Shown here: in pieces, positions 49,276-60,993 of the stretch
Layout: each line of letters begins with the position of its first letter
How positions within the stretch are numbered: position 1 is the stretch's first letter
Translations under genes and position numbers: made by a program
Notes under the pieces: generated by a model
Database searches by the model: none
Told to the model about the DNA's origin: nothing
Seen by the model: the letters and a program-made list of their open reading frames with translations, nothing else
Origin: Gemmatimonadaceae bacterium
Lineage (GTDB): Bacteria > Gemmatimonadota > Gemmatimonadetes > Gemmatimonadales > Gemmatimonadaceae
Length of the DNA: 64,000 bases
Assembly (NCBI GenBank): GCA_031367535.1
Contig: JANLPZ010000142.1
Span: 8,798 to 72,797 of the forward strand
Direction: 5' to 3'

Positions 49276-49441
49276 CCGGAGTGCTTTCAGGACAGGCTTC
49301 CGAACGGTTGATAGCGCGACGGCCGCGGCATCCGCTCCCGCTGACGCTGCTAGCACCGTACTTGCGTGTTCACCCTGTGACTCGTTAGCGCCCGGGATCG
49401 TCTACGGCGAAACACCTCTCCTTCCGACGCCGGATTGCATT

Positions 49442-51184
<1,743 letters not shown>

Positions 51185-51271
51185 GTTTGCGCGCTTCGCT
51201 GGCCACCGGCGACCGGCGCTGCTTGCCCGGGCTCACGTCGCGGCCCCGCTTTGACTAGCTTGCCCACGCGT

Positions 51272-51326
51272 CGTCCGGCCCCGTCACAGCAATCGTGATT
51301 GCTGACAACGGGACCGGACGTCGTTT
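51272..51326 (+). terminator. Long imperfect hairpin followed by a T-rich run, downstream of the DUF1996-like gene
   Basis: CGTCCGGCCCCGT..CAGCAATC / GATTGCTG..ACGGGACCGGACG, about 20 bp with one mismatch and an internal loop, then TCGTTTG. Confidence 0.4.
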
Positions 51327-51347
51327 GAGGGTTGTTGTTACCTTCAA

Positions 51348-51434
51348 GGACAGGTGGCCGAGCGGTTGAAGGCGCACGCCTGGAAAGCGTGTGGGCTCGA
51401 AAGGGTCTCGTGGGTTCGAATCCCACCCTGTCCG
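51348..51434 (+). tRNA. tRNA-Ser (anticodon GGA), class II, no encoded CCA
   Basis: Hand-folded: acceptor GGACAGG/CCTGTCC, anticodon stem CACGC/GCGTG, loop CTGGAAA, and a T arm identical to the first tRNA-Ser. Confidence 0.9.
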
Positions 51435-51513
51435 TGTCCGCGTAGGGGTAGTTCCACGGCGGTGGGTCTGTCGGAGGAAGGCACTTCCGTCGATGCCATG
51501 CGTACTTACAGCG

Positions 51514-53319
51514 ATGCCATCCGCCCACGCTTCATTTATCGCGCGCTCGACGCGCTTGCTCGCCGGTGCCCTCGCGCTCGCGGCATCCGCGGCCGCCCAG
51601 ACGCCTGTGCCGCCGGTTCCGGCTGCCACGGCGCCAGGCGCGGCTATCGCGCCGATCAGCCCGGTCGCCTACGCGAAACAGGCGCAGGCGGAGTTCGAGC
51701 GGGCGCGTCGTGAAGGACTCGGCTTCAGCTCCGGCGGCGCCACGTCTGAACCGGATGTGCAGTTCGGGACCATCTACTACTGGAACAACAACAACGACGT
51801 CCCGCCGCGTCCTGAACAGTCGGACGTTGCCGCCGCGCGCCGCAAACTGCTGCAATCGCTGAACGAAGCGGCGCTGCAGTCGCCAACCGACGATTGGGTG
51901 GCCGGCCAGCGCGTGAAGTACGCGGTCGAAGCGAAGGACTTCGCGAATGCGAATGCGGTCATCAACGAGTGCAAGGCCACCAACTGGTGGTGCGCGGCGC
52001 TGACCGGTTTCGTGAGGCACGTGCAGAATGACGCGCCCGGCGCGGAACGCGCGTTCAACAGCGCGCTCGCGCAGATGTCGCCGCCGCAACGCTGCGACTG
52101 GCAGAACATCGCGCCATGGCTGAAGAAGGCCGACAGCCTCGCGTATCTCGCGAAGAGCTGCGACGAACGACTCGCGGTCAACAAGAAGATCTTCTGGCTT
52201 GGCAAGCCGTTCGCACATCTCGACGGCAACGACCTGCGCAACGAACTGCTCGCCCGCCAGACTTTCAACACGATCGAGATCAACACCGCCACGGTGTACG
52301 GTCCGTGGAAGCCCGAGTTCGCGCAGACGCAATTGCGCTACGGCTGGCCGGTGGCGTGGTCGAAGCAGAACACGATCATCAGCCGACGCGGCGACATGGT
52401 CTCCAACTTCATTGGACACGAGCCGACACCAAGCCACGATTTCATGCCAAGTGACGGGGCGCTGGCGAATCCGTTCACGGCGACCGCGGCGGACTATCCG
52501 TTCAACGCGCGCTACGCGCAGATGCGTTACGCGCCGCGGTATGCACCAGGCGGTTTTCAGGACCTCGGCGCACAACTCGTGCGGTTCCGCCGCGGCGATT
52601 CGACGATGTTGGTGGCGGCCTACGTGCTTGATGGCAAGGCGCGTTATGAGCGTGGCAAGACGCGCGCAGCCCTGGTGCTCGAGCGCGGTCCGGATGCGCC
52701 GCGCGTCACACGCATCGTGAAAGACGGCCAGCCGTTGCGTGGCGCCATTGCACTCAACGCGGGGGTGTTTCGTGACACCATGCTGGCGAGCATCGAAGTG
52801 CTCAGCGAGACGCGCAAATTCGCGGGTCGTGTACGCACCGGTGCGACACCGATCGAGCCGGATGCGATGCTGTCTGATCTGCTGCTGTTGTCGGTGAAGG
52901 CGTCGGACGCCGGCGTCGCGGGACTGGCCGGCATCGCGACGCTCGAGTCGGTGCTCACGTCGGCGCTGGGCGGCACGGACATTGGCGACGGGCAATCGTT
53001 CGGCGTCTTCTGGGAGTATTACGGTGGTCCGGGCGCGACCGTCACGATTTCGATCACGCCGATGGACAGCGTGAGCGGCTTCCGTCGACTCGGGTCTGTA
53101 TTCCGCCTCGGCAGCACGCCCGGCGGCGGCGCATCGCTGCGCATTCCGGACCCGGCGCAGCCGGATGGTGGACCCGGTCGTCGGTTGACGCTGACGATGC
53201 CGGAAGTGAAGCCAGGACGCTACAAATTGGCGGTCGAGGTGATGGCACAGGGGATGTCGCCGGCGCGTCGCGAGCTGATCCTGCGTGTTCCCAGTGGACC
53301 GCCCGCGGCGATGAGATAG
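51514..53319 (+). CDS. Large secreted hypothetical protein (about 600 aa)
   Basis: Signal peptide LLAGALALAASAAAQ. Several Cys pairs. No family recognised. The start is ATG 51493 or 51514; the track start at 51391 lies inside the tRNA. Confidence 0.55.
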   Translation: MPSAHASFIARSTRLLAGALALAASAAAQTPVPPVPAATAPGAAIAPISPVAYAKQAQAEFERARREGLGFSSGGATSEPDVQFGTIYYWNNNNDVPPRPEQSDVAAARRKLLQSLNEAALQSPTDDWVAGQRVKYAVEAKDFANANAVINECKATNWWCAALTGFVRHVQNDAPGAERAFNSALAQMSPPQRCDWQNIAPWLKKADSLAYLAKSCDERLAVNKKIFWLGKPFAHLDGNDLRNELLARQTFNTIEINTATVYGPWKPEFAQTQLRYGWPVAWSKQNTIISRRGDMVSNFIGHEPTPSHDFMPSDGALANPFTATAADYPFNARYAQMRYAPRYAPGGFQDLGAQLVRFRRGDSTMLVAAYVLDGKARYERGKTRAALVLERGPDAPRVTRIVKDGQPLRGAIALNAGVFRDTMLASIEVLSETRKFAGRVRTGATPIEPDAMLSDLLLLSVKASDAGVAGLAGIATLESVLTSALGGTDIGDGQSFGVFWEYYGGPGATVTISITPMDSVSGFRRLGSVFRLGSTPGGGASLRIPDPAQPDGGPGRRLTLTMPEVKPGRYKLAVEVMAQGMSPARRELILRVPSGPPAAMR

Positions 53320-53574
53320 CGCGACACGAATCGCTTTACCGCCGCGTCACGCACCTGTGAAGGGCGCGCGATTCGGAAGCGGACCAGTCGGGTTTTGCTC
53401 ACCGCTGCTCAGGGGCTCAAGTCCTTGCGCTCTATTGACGTAGCCGGTTCCCCCCGTCAGCTTCGGCCCCACTGATACCCAACGGATCCAGTCGGCCGGC
53501 CGCTTCAGCGCGTGTGTTCGCGCGGATGGTTCTGGAGTGCAACGGCTCGCCTCATCCACACCCCGAGGTGCTGA

Positions 53575-56562
53575 GTGCTGCCTTTCACCGTACGCCGTGT
53601 GCTGTCTGTCCTGGCGAGCGTCGCTTTCGCCGCCACCGCATCGGCCCAGAGCGGCTCGCTCACCGGTCGTGTGACGACCAAGGACGCCGGTCGCCCGCTC
53701 GACAACGCGCGCGTCACCATCTCGGACGGCGCCCGTTCTGTGGGTGTGGGCACCAGTGGTGAAGCCGGCGTCTATGTCGTGCCGAACATCGCCGCCGGGA
53801 GTTACACAGTCACGATCAGTCGCATCGGGTATCAGCTCCAGCGTTTTCCCGGGATCGCCATTCAAGCGGGACAGCCCACGACAGTGAATGCGGTGCTCGA
53901 CGAAATTCCCACGCAGCTGAATGCCGTCGTCACGACCGCGTCACGCAAGCCGGAAAAGGCGCTCGATGCGCCAGCCTCGCTGTCGGTGGTGACGAGTGAG
54001 ACGATCGAGCGGAAGCCGTCGATCAGCGTCGCCGACCTGGTGAAGGGACAGCCCGGCATCGACGTGTCAAGCGGCGGTATCGCACAGTCGATGATCGTCG
54101 CGCGAGGCTTCAACAATGCGTTCAGCGGATCGCTGCTGATGCTGCAGGACTATCGCTTCGCCGGCGTGCCGTCGTTGCGCGTCAACGTGCCGTATCTGTC
54201 GCTCGGCCAGTCCGAAGACATCGAACGCGTCGAACTGCTGCTCGGACCTGCATCAGCACTTTACGGTCCCAACTCCGGCGCCGGTGTGCTGCATGTGATC
54301 ACGAAGTCGCCGTTCTCGTCGCAGGGTACGACGCTGTCGGTGCAGGGTGGACAGCAGAGCATTTTCCGCGGTGCAATTCGCCATGCAGGCACGGCCGGCA
54401 AGCACTTCGGCTACAAGCTGAGCGGCGAATACATGACCGGCGACGACTTTCAGTACAACGATCCGGGCGAGCCGGCGCAGATTCTGCGCCCGCCGACACC
54501 CGGCGCCACTCCGGTGCTGACCGCGAACAAGCGTGACTTCGCCTTCGAGCGCCTGAACGGTGAAGCACGCATGGATATCCGCCCGACCGACAACTCGGAA
54601 CTGATCACCACCGTCAGCATGACGAAGGTGCCGAGTGCGATCGAACTGACGGGCGCCAACGGTGCATCGCAGATTCGCAACTGGACGTACCAGAATTATC
54701 AGCAGCGCATCCGGTTCGGCCGCCTGTTCATTCAGGGCTTCGCCAACATCAGCAACTCCGGCAACGAGAACAAGGGCGATTCGCGCGGCACGTTCCTGCT
54801 GCGCAATGGCCAGCCGATCGTTGACAAGTCGCGCGTCTACACAGGCCAGATCCAGCATGGGTTCGGCCTCAACAAGGGCCGCACGGACTTCGTCTACGGT
54901 GTGGACTTCATCAAGACGAATCCGCAGACCGGCAACACGATCAACGGCAACAACGAAGACGTGGACAACGTCACCGAGTACGGTGGCTACGTGCAGGGCA
55001 AGACGGCGCTCAGCAGCCGCGTCGACTTCCTCGCCGCATTGCGCGTCGACAAGACGAGCGTGATCAAGGGTGAGTTCGTGTCGCCGCGTGCCGCGCTGAC
55101 GTTCAAGGCAGCCGAGAACCAGTCGCTGCGCTTCACGTTCAACCGCTCGTTCAACACGCCGGCGAACTTCTCGTTCTTCCTCGACTTGAAGTCGGTCGTC
55201 GATGCGGCCGGCTTCCGCCGCAACGCGTCACTGACGCCGTTCAGCCTCCCGACGTACGACGTGATCGCGACGGGCAACCGTCCGAAAGTCGGCATGAGTT
55301 TCGACCGCAGCTGCGGTGCCACCAGCGGCTTCAGCAACTTCTGCGCGAGGTCGCCGTTCGTGAACAACGGTGGAACGGTGGTCGGCGCGAGTGCGGCGAC
55401 GCTGCTTCCGGCATTCGTCGCCTTCCGCCAGCCGGTGTTCGCCGGCGCATTGGCGCAGGGTTACGCACCGGCCCTTGCCGGCCTCTCGGCGATCGGTCTC
55501 TCGCCCGCCGCGATTGCCGGTCTGGCGCAGACGCTTGGTGGCGCCGTCGCATCACGTCTCGCGACGAACGTGCCGACGAACGCGCAGATCGGAACCGTCG
55601 GTCGCCTTGGCGGTGCGCTGATCGATGCCAATGCCGTGACCGATCTCCCGCCGTTGAATGCCTCCTTCGACAACACGTTCGAAGTCGGCTACAAGGGCCT
55701 CGGCATGAACGGCAAGTTGTCGTTTGACTTCAGCGCCTGGGCGCAGCAGCGTGGCGGCGGTGCGATCACGGCATCACTCGTCACACCGTGGATCTTCGCA
55801 AACCCGACGCAGACTGGTGGATACGTCGGGGCGCAGGCCGGTGCCGCGCTGGCGGCCGCGATTCCAGCCTACGTGACGGCTGAAGTGACGGCCGGCCGTT
55901 TGTCGCCGGCGCAGGGCAATGCCCTCGCCACGGCGCTCGCCGGATCGGCCACAGCGCTCGCGACGGGCGCGGCAACCAGCCTCACACCGCTGCTGGCGGG
56001 CATTCCGCTTGGCACGGTCGGTTTCAATGATCCGATCAACACGGACTACCAGCTGCGAGCGACGTATCGCCGCGTGGACAAGACCGTCGAAGTGTGGGGC
56101 TCGGATCTCGGCCTGTCGTATCAGTTCACGCAGGACTTCGCGCTCGACTGGACGGCCAGTGTCGTGAACCGCGTGGTGTTCGATGAAATCCAGGTCGGAA
56201 CCTCGCCGCTGGCACTCAATGCGCCAGGCGCCAAGACCACGCTGACTGCGCGATACCAGGGTCTGGAGAACGGCTTCGGATTCGAGACCCGTTGGCGTTA
56301 CACGGACGCGTTCCCGGTGAACTCCGGTGTGTACGAGAGCGACGTGCAGAACCCGAGTAACGCCGGTCCGTTCAAGTACCCGACGGTGGCGGTGAGCAAC
56401 CAGTTCGACGTGCAGTTCTCGAAGCGTTTCCAGACCAGTGGCCGGAAGGGTGTGGTGTTCAGCCTCAACGTGCAGAACATCTTCGACAACAAGGTGGCCA
56501 CGTTCGTCGGCGTGCCGGCACTCGGCCGACTGGCGCTCACCAAGCTGTCGTATACGTTCTGA
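53575..56562 (+). CDS. TonB-dependent receptor with N-terminal CarboxypepD_reg domain
   Basis: Signal peptide, then GSLTGRV..DG.Y.V.NI.AGSYTV Ig-like domain, plug (DAPASLSVVTSETIERKP...DLVKGQPGIDV, IVARGFN), a long barrel and terminal SYTF. Confidence 0.85.
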   Translation: MLPFTVRRVLSVLASVAFAATASAQSGSLTGRVTTKDAGRPLDNARVTISDGARSVGVGTSGEAGVYVVPNIAAGSYTVTISRIGYQLQRFPGIAIQAGQPTTVNAVLDEIPTQLNAVVTTASRKPEKALDAPASLSVVTSETIERKPSISVADLVKGQPGIDVSSGGIAQSMIVARGFNNAFSGSLLMLQDYRFAGVPSLRVNVPYLSLGQSEDIERVELLLGPASALYGPNSGAGVLHVITKSPFSSQGTTLSVQGGQQSIFRGAIRHAGTAGKHFGYKLSGEYMTGDDFQYNDPGEPAQILRPPTPGATPVLTANKRDFAFERLNGEARMDIRPTDNSELITTVSMTKVPSAIELTGANGASQIRNWTYQNYQQRIRFGRLFIQGFANISNSGNENKGDSRGTFLLRNGQPIVDKSRVYTGQIQHGFGLNKGRTDFVYGVDFIKTNPQTGNTINGNNEDVDNVTEYGGYVQGKTALSSRVDFLAALRVDKTSVIKGEFVSPRAALTFKAAENQSLRFTFNRSFNTPANFSFFLDLKSVVDAAGFRRNASLTPFSLPTYDVIATGNRPKVGMSFDRSCGATSGFSNFCARSPFVNNGGTVVGASAATLLPAFVAFRQPVFAGALAQGYAPALAGLSAIGLSPAAIAGLAQTLGGAVASRLATNVPTNAQIGTVGRLGGALIDANAVTDLPPLNASFDNTFEVGYKGLGMNGKLSFDFSAWAQQRGGGAITASLVTPWIFANPTQTGGYVGAQAGAALAAAIPAYVTAEVTAGRLSPAQGNALATALAGSATALATGAATSLTPLLAGIPLGTVGFNDPINTDYQLRATYRRVDKTVEVWGSDLGLSYQFTQDFALDWTASVVNRVVFDEIQVGTSPLALNAPGAKTTLTARYQGLENGFGFETRWRYTDAFPVNSGVYESDVQNPSNAGPFKYPTVAVSNQFDVQFSKRFQTSGRKGVVFSLNVQNIFDNKVATFVGVPALGRLALTKLSYTF

Positions 56563-56582
56563 TTGCTCCCTCTGCCGGACGC

Positions 56583-56615
56583 ACGGGGCGGCTCGCACTA
56601 CGCGAGCCGCCCCGT
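56583..56615 (+). terminator. Terminator-like GC hairpin after the TonB-dependent receptor
   Basis: 14-bp stem ACGGGGCGGCTCGC / GCGAGCCGCCCCGT with a 5-nt loop. The trailing T-tract is weak. Confidence 0.45.
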
Positions 56616-56655
56616 TGCGCATCACCCCACCCGCCGTGCACCGGCGCCGCGCGCG

Positions 56656-57426
56656 ATGTCGTTGATTCTTCACCCGGGACCGCAGCTCGTCATAGGCCAT
56701 CGCGGTGCGGCCGAGACGCGCCCTGAGAATACGTTGCCCGGCTTTCGCTACGCCATGGAACTCGGTGTCGATGCCGTCGAGTTCGACGTGCGCGTGACGG
56801 GTGATGGCGTGGCCGTGGTGCATCATGACGCAAGCACGCTGCGCACCTGTGGCGAGGATGTGCTGATCGAGCGCGCAAGCATCGGGACGCTCCGCAAACT
56901 GGACGCGGCTGCGAACTTCACGGGTGATTTTCGACCGGCGCGTCGGACCCCGATTCCGCTGCTCGATGAAGTGCTCGACCTGACGCGCGGACTGCCGGTG
57001 ATCATCGAGTGCAAGACCGTTGATGCGGCGCCGGTGGTGCTCGAGGCGCTTGCCGCGCACGATGCGACGGATCGCGCGCTGGTCGGCAGTTTTCTCGACG
57101 GTGCGATGCGTGTCGTGCGCGCGGCGGCCGTGGCGAGCGGTGCGTCACGGCGCGACATGGTCGCGTTGCTCGCGCGCGGCTACGTGCGATGGGCACCGCG
57201 ACGACTGCCATACAACGCGATGTGTATTCCCGAGATGTCGTCGGGCGTGGCACTACCGATTGCCCGATTCGCGGCATGGGGTCGTGCGATCGGCGTGCCG
57301 GTGCACGTCTGGACGATAAACAGCGCGGCGGATGCCTTCCGCCTGTGGGACATGGGTGTCACGGGCGTGATGACGGATGATCCAGGAACGATTCTCGAGG
57401 CGCGCGAGTCGCGCAGAGCGTACTGA
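56656..57426 (+). CDS. Glycerophosphodiester phosphodiesterase family protein
   Basis: IGHRGA...ENTLPGF and VEFDV motifs, C-terminal VWTIN....GV.G..TD. Internal ATG 56656 follows the terminator hairpin. Confidence 0.8.
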   Translation: MSLILHPGPQLVIGHRGAAETRPENTLPGFRYAMELGVDAVEFDVRVTGDGVAVVHHDASTLRTCGEDVLIERASIGTLRKLDAAANFTGDFRPARRTPIPLLDEVLDLTRGLPVIIECKTVDAAPVVLEALAAHDATDRALVGSFLDGAMRVVRAAAVASGASRRDMVALLARGYVRWAPRRLPYNAMCIPEMSSGVALPIARFAAWGRAIGVPVHVWTINSAADAFRLWDMGVTGVMTDDPGTILEARESRRAY

Positions 57427-57464
57427 CTTCAGTTCCGGGCGCCGGGGCGACATATTGCGCGCTG

Positions 57465-58016
57465 ATGACAGCGACAGAAACGATTCTTGACGCGCGTGCC
57501 TGTGAACGCACACTGCGTCGCATGGCCGATGAAATCGTCGAGCTGACCGCCGGGAGCGAATCACTCGTGCTGGTCGGTATTCAGCGCCGCGGCGTGCAGC
57601 TCGCGGCGCGTCTTGCGTCCCTCATCGAGGAGCGCGAAGGCCGACCAGTGCCGCGTGGCGCGCTCGACATCACGCTGTATCGTGACGATCTGCAGACGGT
57701 CGGGCCGCGTCCGCTGGTTGGCGCGACCGAGCTTCCGGTGGATATCGACGGCAAGCAAGTCGTGATCGTCGACGACGTGCTCTACACCGGGCGCACTGTG
57801 CGCGCAGCGCTCGATGAACTGGCGGATTTCGGTCGCCCGGCCCGTATTCTGCTCGCCGTCCTGATCGATCGTGGCGGCCAGGAATTGCCGATCCGCGCGG
57901 ACGTGATCGGCAAGGTGGTCACGGTACCGGCGGGTGCGCAGGTCGATGTGCGTGTCGCGGAACTCGATGGTGACGACACGGTGATCGTCGGACCGGCGAG
58001 GTCGCGCGGCGCATGA
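57465..58016 (+). CDS. pyrR: Bifunctional pyrimidine operon regulator / uracil phosphoribosyltransferase PyrR
   Basis: PRPP-binding motif [13 protein letters not shown], typical length and operon position. Confidence 0.9.
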   Translation: MTATETILDARACERTLRRMADEIVELTAGSESLVLVGIQRRGVQLAARLASLIEEREGRPVPRGALDITLYRDDLQTVGPRPLVGATELPVDIDGKQVVIVDDVLYTGRTVRAALDELADFGRPARILLAVLIDRGGQELPIRADVIGKVVTVPAGAQVDVRVAELDGDDTVIVGPARSRGA

Positions 58017-58972
58017 CGAGCCTCGGCAAGGATCTGCTCGACCTCGAGTCGCTCAGCGCCGAACAGATCACTGCCATTCTCGACACCGCAGAACCGCTCA
58101 AGGCGATCAGCCTGCGCGCGATCAAGAAGGTGCCGACACTGCGCGGCGAGACGATCGTGAACCTGTTCTTCGAGGCATCGACGCGCACACGCGTCAGCTT
58201 CGAGTTCGCCGAGAAGCGCATGTCGGCCGATGCGGTGAACGTGGCCATCGGCAACTCGTCGGTGAGCAAAGGCGAGACGCTGGTGGACACGGCGCGCAAT
58301 CTCGAAGCGATGAAGATCGACATGGTCGTGATCCGGCATCAGGCCAGCGGTGCCGCGCGGTTCCTCGCTGAGCGCATCGAGTCGAATGTGATCAACGCCG
58401 GCGATGGCACGCACGAACATCCGACGCAGGGCCTGCTCGATCTGCTGACGCTGCGCGACAAGTGGGGCACACTGAAGGGCAAGCGTGTCTGTCTCTGTGG
58501 CGACGTGTTGCACAGTCGCGTGGCGCGGTCGAACATCCACGGTCTGCGCAAACTCGGCGCCGAAGTGGCGGTGTGCGGACCACGGTCACTGCTGCCGAAC
58601 GGTGCCGAAGAGGCGCTTGGCGTGACGGTGTTCGATCGTATCGAGGCCGCGATCGAATGGGCTGACGCGCTGAACATCCTGCGACTGCAGCTCGAGCGCA
58701 TGACGTCGGGATACATCCCGTCATTGCGCGAATACAACCGCGTCTTTGGTGTCACGCGAGAGCGCCTCGATCGTTCGCCGCGTGAGTTGCTGATCCTGCA
58801 TCCCGGCCCGATGAACCGCGGGGTTGAAATCGACTCGGATGTCGCTGACGGACCGCACAGCCTGATCCTCGATCAGGTGACGAATGGCGTCGCTGTGCGC
58901 ATGGCGGTGCTCTACCTGTTGCGGGGCGGTCGCCCCGACCTCGCAGCGGCCGGCACGGCCGCGGGAGAATGA
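58013..58972 (+). CDS. pyrB: Aspartate carbamoyltransferase catalytic subunit
   Basis: [13 protein letters not shown] and HPGP motifs. Confidence 0.9.
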   Translation: MTSLGKDLLDLESLSAEQITAILDTAEPLKAISLRAIKKVPTLRGETIVNLFFEASTRTRVSFEFAEKRMSADAVNVAIGNSSVSKGETLVDTARNLEAMKIDMVVIRHQASGAARFLAERIESNVINAGDGTHEHPTQGLLDLLTLRDKWGTLKGKRVCLCGDVLHSRVARSNIHGLRKLGAEVAVCGPRSLLPNGAEEALGVTVFDRIEAAIEWADALNILRLQLERMTSGYIPSLREYNRVFGVTRERLDRSPRELLILHPGPMNRGVEIDSDVADGPHSLILDQVTNGVAVRMAVLYLLRGGRPDLAAAGTAAGE

Positions 58973-58979
58973 CGAGCGA

Positions 58980-60278
58980 ATGACGACGCGTCCCCTGCTG
59001 CTCACGGGCGGCCATCTCCTCGATCCATCGATCGGTCTCGATGGGGTCGGCGACCTGTTGTTGGTGGATGGCACGGTGGCCGCCGTCGGTGGCAACATTG
59101 CCGGCCCGGATGACGCCGAGCGCATCGATTGCAGCGGCGAATACGTCACGCCCGGCTTCATCGACGTGCACTGTCATCTGCGCGAGCCTGGCCGCGAGGA
59201 TGTCGAGACGATTGCCACTGGCGCACGCGCGGCGGCGGCCGGTGGATTCACGGCCGTGTGCGCGATGCCGAACACCGATCCGGTGACTGACAATCAGGCG
59301 GCGGTTGGATTCATTCGTGCGCAGGCCGCGAAAGCGAATGCGTCACGCGTCTATCCGATCGGCTCGATTTCTGTCGGCATGAACGGTGTGCACCTGAGCG
59401 AGATGGGAGAGATGGTGGCCGCTGGTGCAGTGGCAGTCAGCGACGATGGTCGACCGGTTGTGAGTGCACAACTGATGCGCACAGCACTCGAATACGCGCG
59501 CACGTTCGGTATTCCCGTGGCGGATCATTGCGAGGAGCCCACGCTCGCGTTCGGTGGTGCGATGAATGAAGGCGTGATCAGTGCGCGACTCGGTCTCAAG
59601 GGCATTCCGTCCGAGAGCGAGGAGATCATGGTCATTCGCGACATTCTTCTGGCGCGGCGCACCGGTGGTCGTGTGCATCTCTGCCACATGAGCACGTGGG
59701 GCAGCGTGGAGCTGATTCGCTGGGGCAAGGAGCGCGGCATTCCGGTGACCGCGGAAGTCTGCCCGCATCATCTCACGCTGACGGAAGATCGCGTCGGACA
59801 GTACGACACGAATGCGAAGATGAATCCGCCGTTGCGGACGCAGAAAGATGTGGACGCGCTGGTTGCTGCACTGAAAGACGGCACGATCGATTGTGTCGCG
59901 ACCGACCACGCGCCGCATCACAATGACGAAAAGAATCGTGAGTTCTCCGATGCACCGAACGGCATCGTCGGTCTCGAGACGGCGTTGTCGGTGCTCATGA
60001 CATGGCTCGTGGCACCGGGCGTGATCTCGCTGTCGCAGCTCGTCGACAAGATGTCGTGTGCACCGGCGCGTGTGTTCGGCCTGCCGGGCGGCACACTGCG
60101 TCGCGGCGCGATTGCCGACGTGACGGTGCTTGATCCAACGGCATCGTGGACGGTGAAGGGCAGCGACTTCAAGTCAAAGGGGCGCAACTCGCCGTGGCTT
60201 GGATCGACGTTGTCGGGTCGTGTCTCGCGCTGCCTGGTTGGCGGTCGCGTGGTGCATGTCCGCGACACCGCATCATGA
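58980..60278 (+). CDS. pyrC: Dihydroorotase
   Basis: IDVHCHLREPG and TDHAPH metal-binding motifs. ATG 58980 follows the pyrB stop. Confidence 0.9.
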   Translation: MTTRPLLLTGGHLLDPSIGLDGVGDLLLVDGTVAAVGGNIAGPDDAERIDCSGEYVTPGFIDVHCHLREPGREDVETIATGARAAAAGGFTAVCAMPNTDPVTDNQAAVGFIRAQAAKANASRVYPIGSISVGMNGVHLSEMGEMVAAGAVAVSDDGRPVVSAQLMRTALEYARTFGIPVADHCEEPTLAFGGAMNEGVISARLGLKGIPSESEEIMVIRDILLARRTGGRVHLCHMSTWGSVELIRWGKERGIPVTAEVCPHHLTLTEDRVGQYDTNAKMNPPLRTQKDVDALVAALKDGTIDCVATDHAPHHNDEKNREFSDAPNGIVGLETALSVLMTWLVAPGVISLSQLVDKMSCAPARVFGLPGGTLRRGAIADVTVLDPTASWTVKGSDFKSKGRNSPWLGSTLSGRVSRCLVGGRVVHVRDTAS

Positions 60279-60288
60279 CGTCCGTCTG

Positions 60289-60993
60289 ATGCCGCCGTCG
60301 CGATCCGCGCGTCTGCACGCACCATTCGCCATGCGTGAAGCGATGGTGCAGGTGTGCCATGCACTTGCCGCACGCCAACTCATCGCCGGTCAGGACGGCA
60401 ACGTGTCGGTGCGCATCAATGCTGACCGCCTGTTGGTGACGCCGGCTGGGTTTTCCAAGGTGCTGATCGATCCGGATGACCTGGTCGAAGTGTCGATGAC
60501 CGGCGAACAGTTGTCAGGCCGACATCGCGCCTCGAGCGAACTCGGACTGCATCTGGCGGCGTATGCGGCGCGCGATGATGTGCACGCCGTCGTGCATGCG
60601 CATCCGGTGACGGCTACCGCGTTCACGCTCGTCGGCGAGTCGGTACCCGATGGCGTGCTGGCCGAACTCATGCTTGCAGTCGGAACGGTTGGCCTCGCAC
60701 CATACGCACAGCCCGGTACTGCAGAGCTTGGCGCGATCGTCTTTCCGCTCTTCGCGACGCACGATGTCGTGCTGCTTGCACATCACGGTGCGGTCGCGCT
60801 CGGTCGGACGTTACAGGACGCACACTTCGCAATGGAGAGCCTCGAGCATGGTGCCCGGATGATTCATCTGGCGCGACAACTCGGAAGTGTGGTTACGTTG
60901 GAATCGGCAGCGTGTGATGCGCTGCGCGCGGCCCGGCGTGGGGCCCGCAACGATGCGGCCCTCGGGCGCCGCTCTCAAGGAGATACGGAATGA
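60289..60993 (+). CDS. Class II aldolase/adducin-family protein
   Basis: GNVSVR and VVHAHP motifs. Start is uncertain (60256 or 60289). Confidence 0.7.
   Translation: MPPSRSARLHAPFAMREAMVQVCHALAARQLIAGQDGNVSVRINADRLLVTPAGFSKVLIDPDDLVEVSMTGEQLSGRHRASSELGLHLAAYAARDDVHAVVHAHPVTATAFTLVGESVPDGVLAELMLAVGTVGLAPYAQPGTAELGAIVFPLFATHDVVLLAHHGAVALGRTLQDAHFAMESLEHGARMIHLARQLGSVVTLESAACDALRAARRGARNDAALGRRSQGDTE

Noticed and set aside
53320-53574. Possible cobalamin (or other) riboswitch in the leader of the TonB-dependent receptor
   Set aside because: I looked for a B12-box-like AGYCMGGNGACCKGCC, the GCCACTG core and the GGGAA...GGTG...TCC junction. Only weak partial resemblances are present (CCCACTG, AGTCGGCCGGCC). 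TPP and FMN cores are also absent. An Infernal scan would be needed to settle this.
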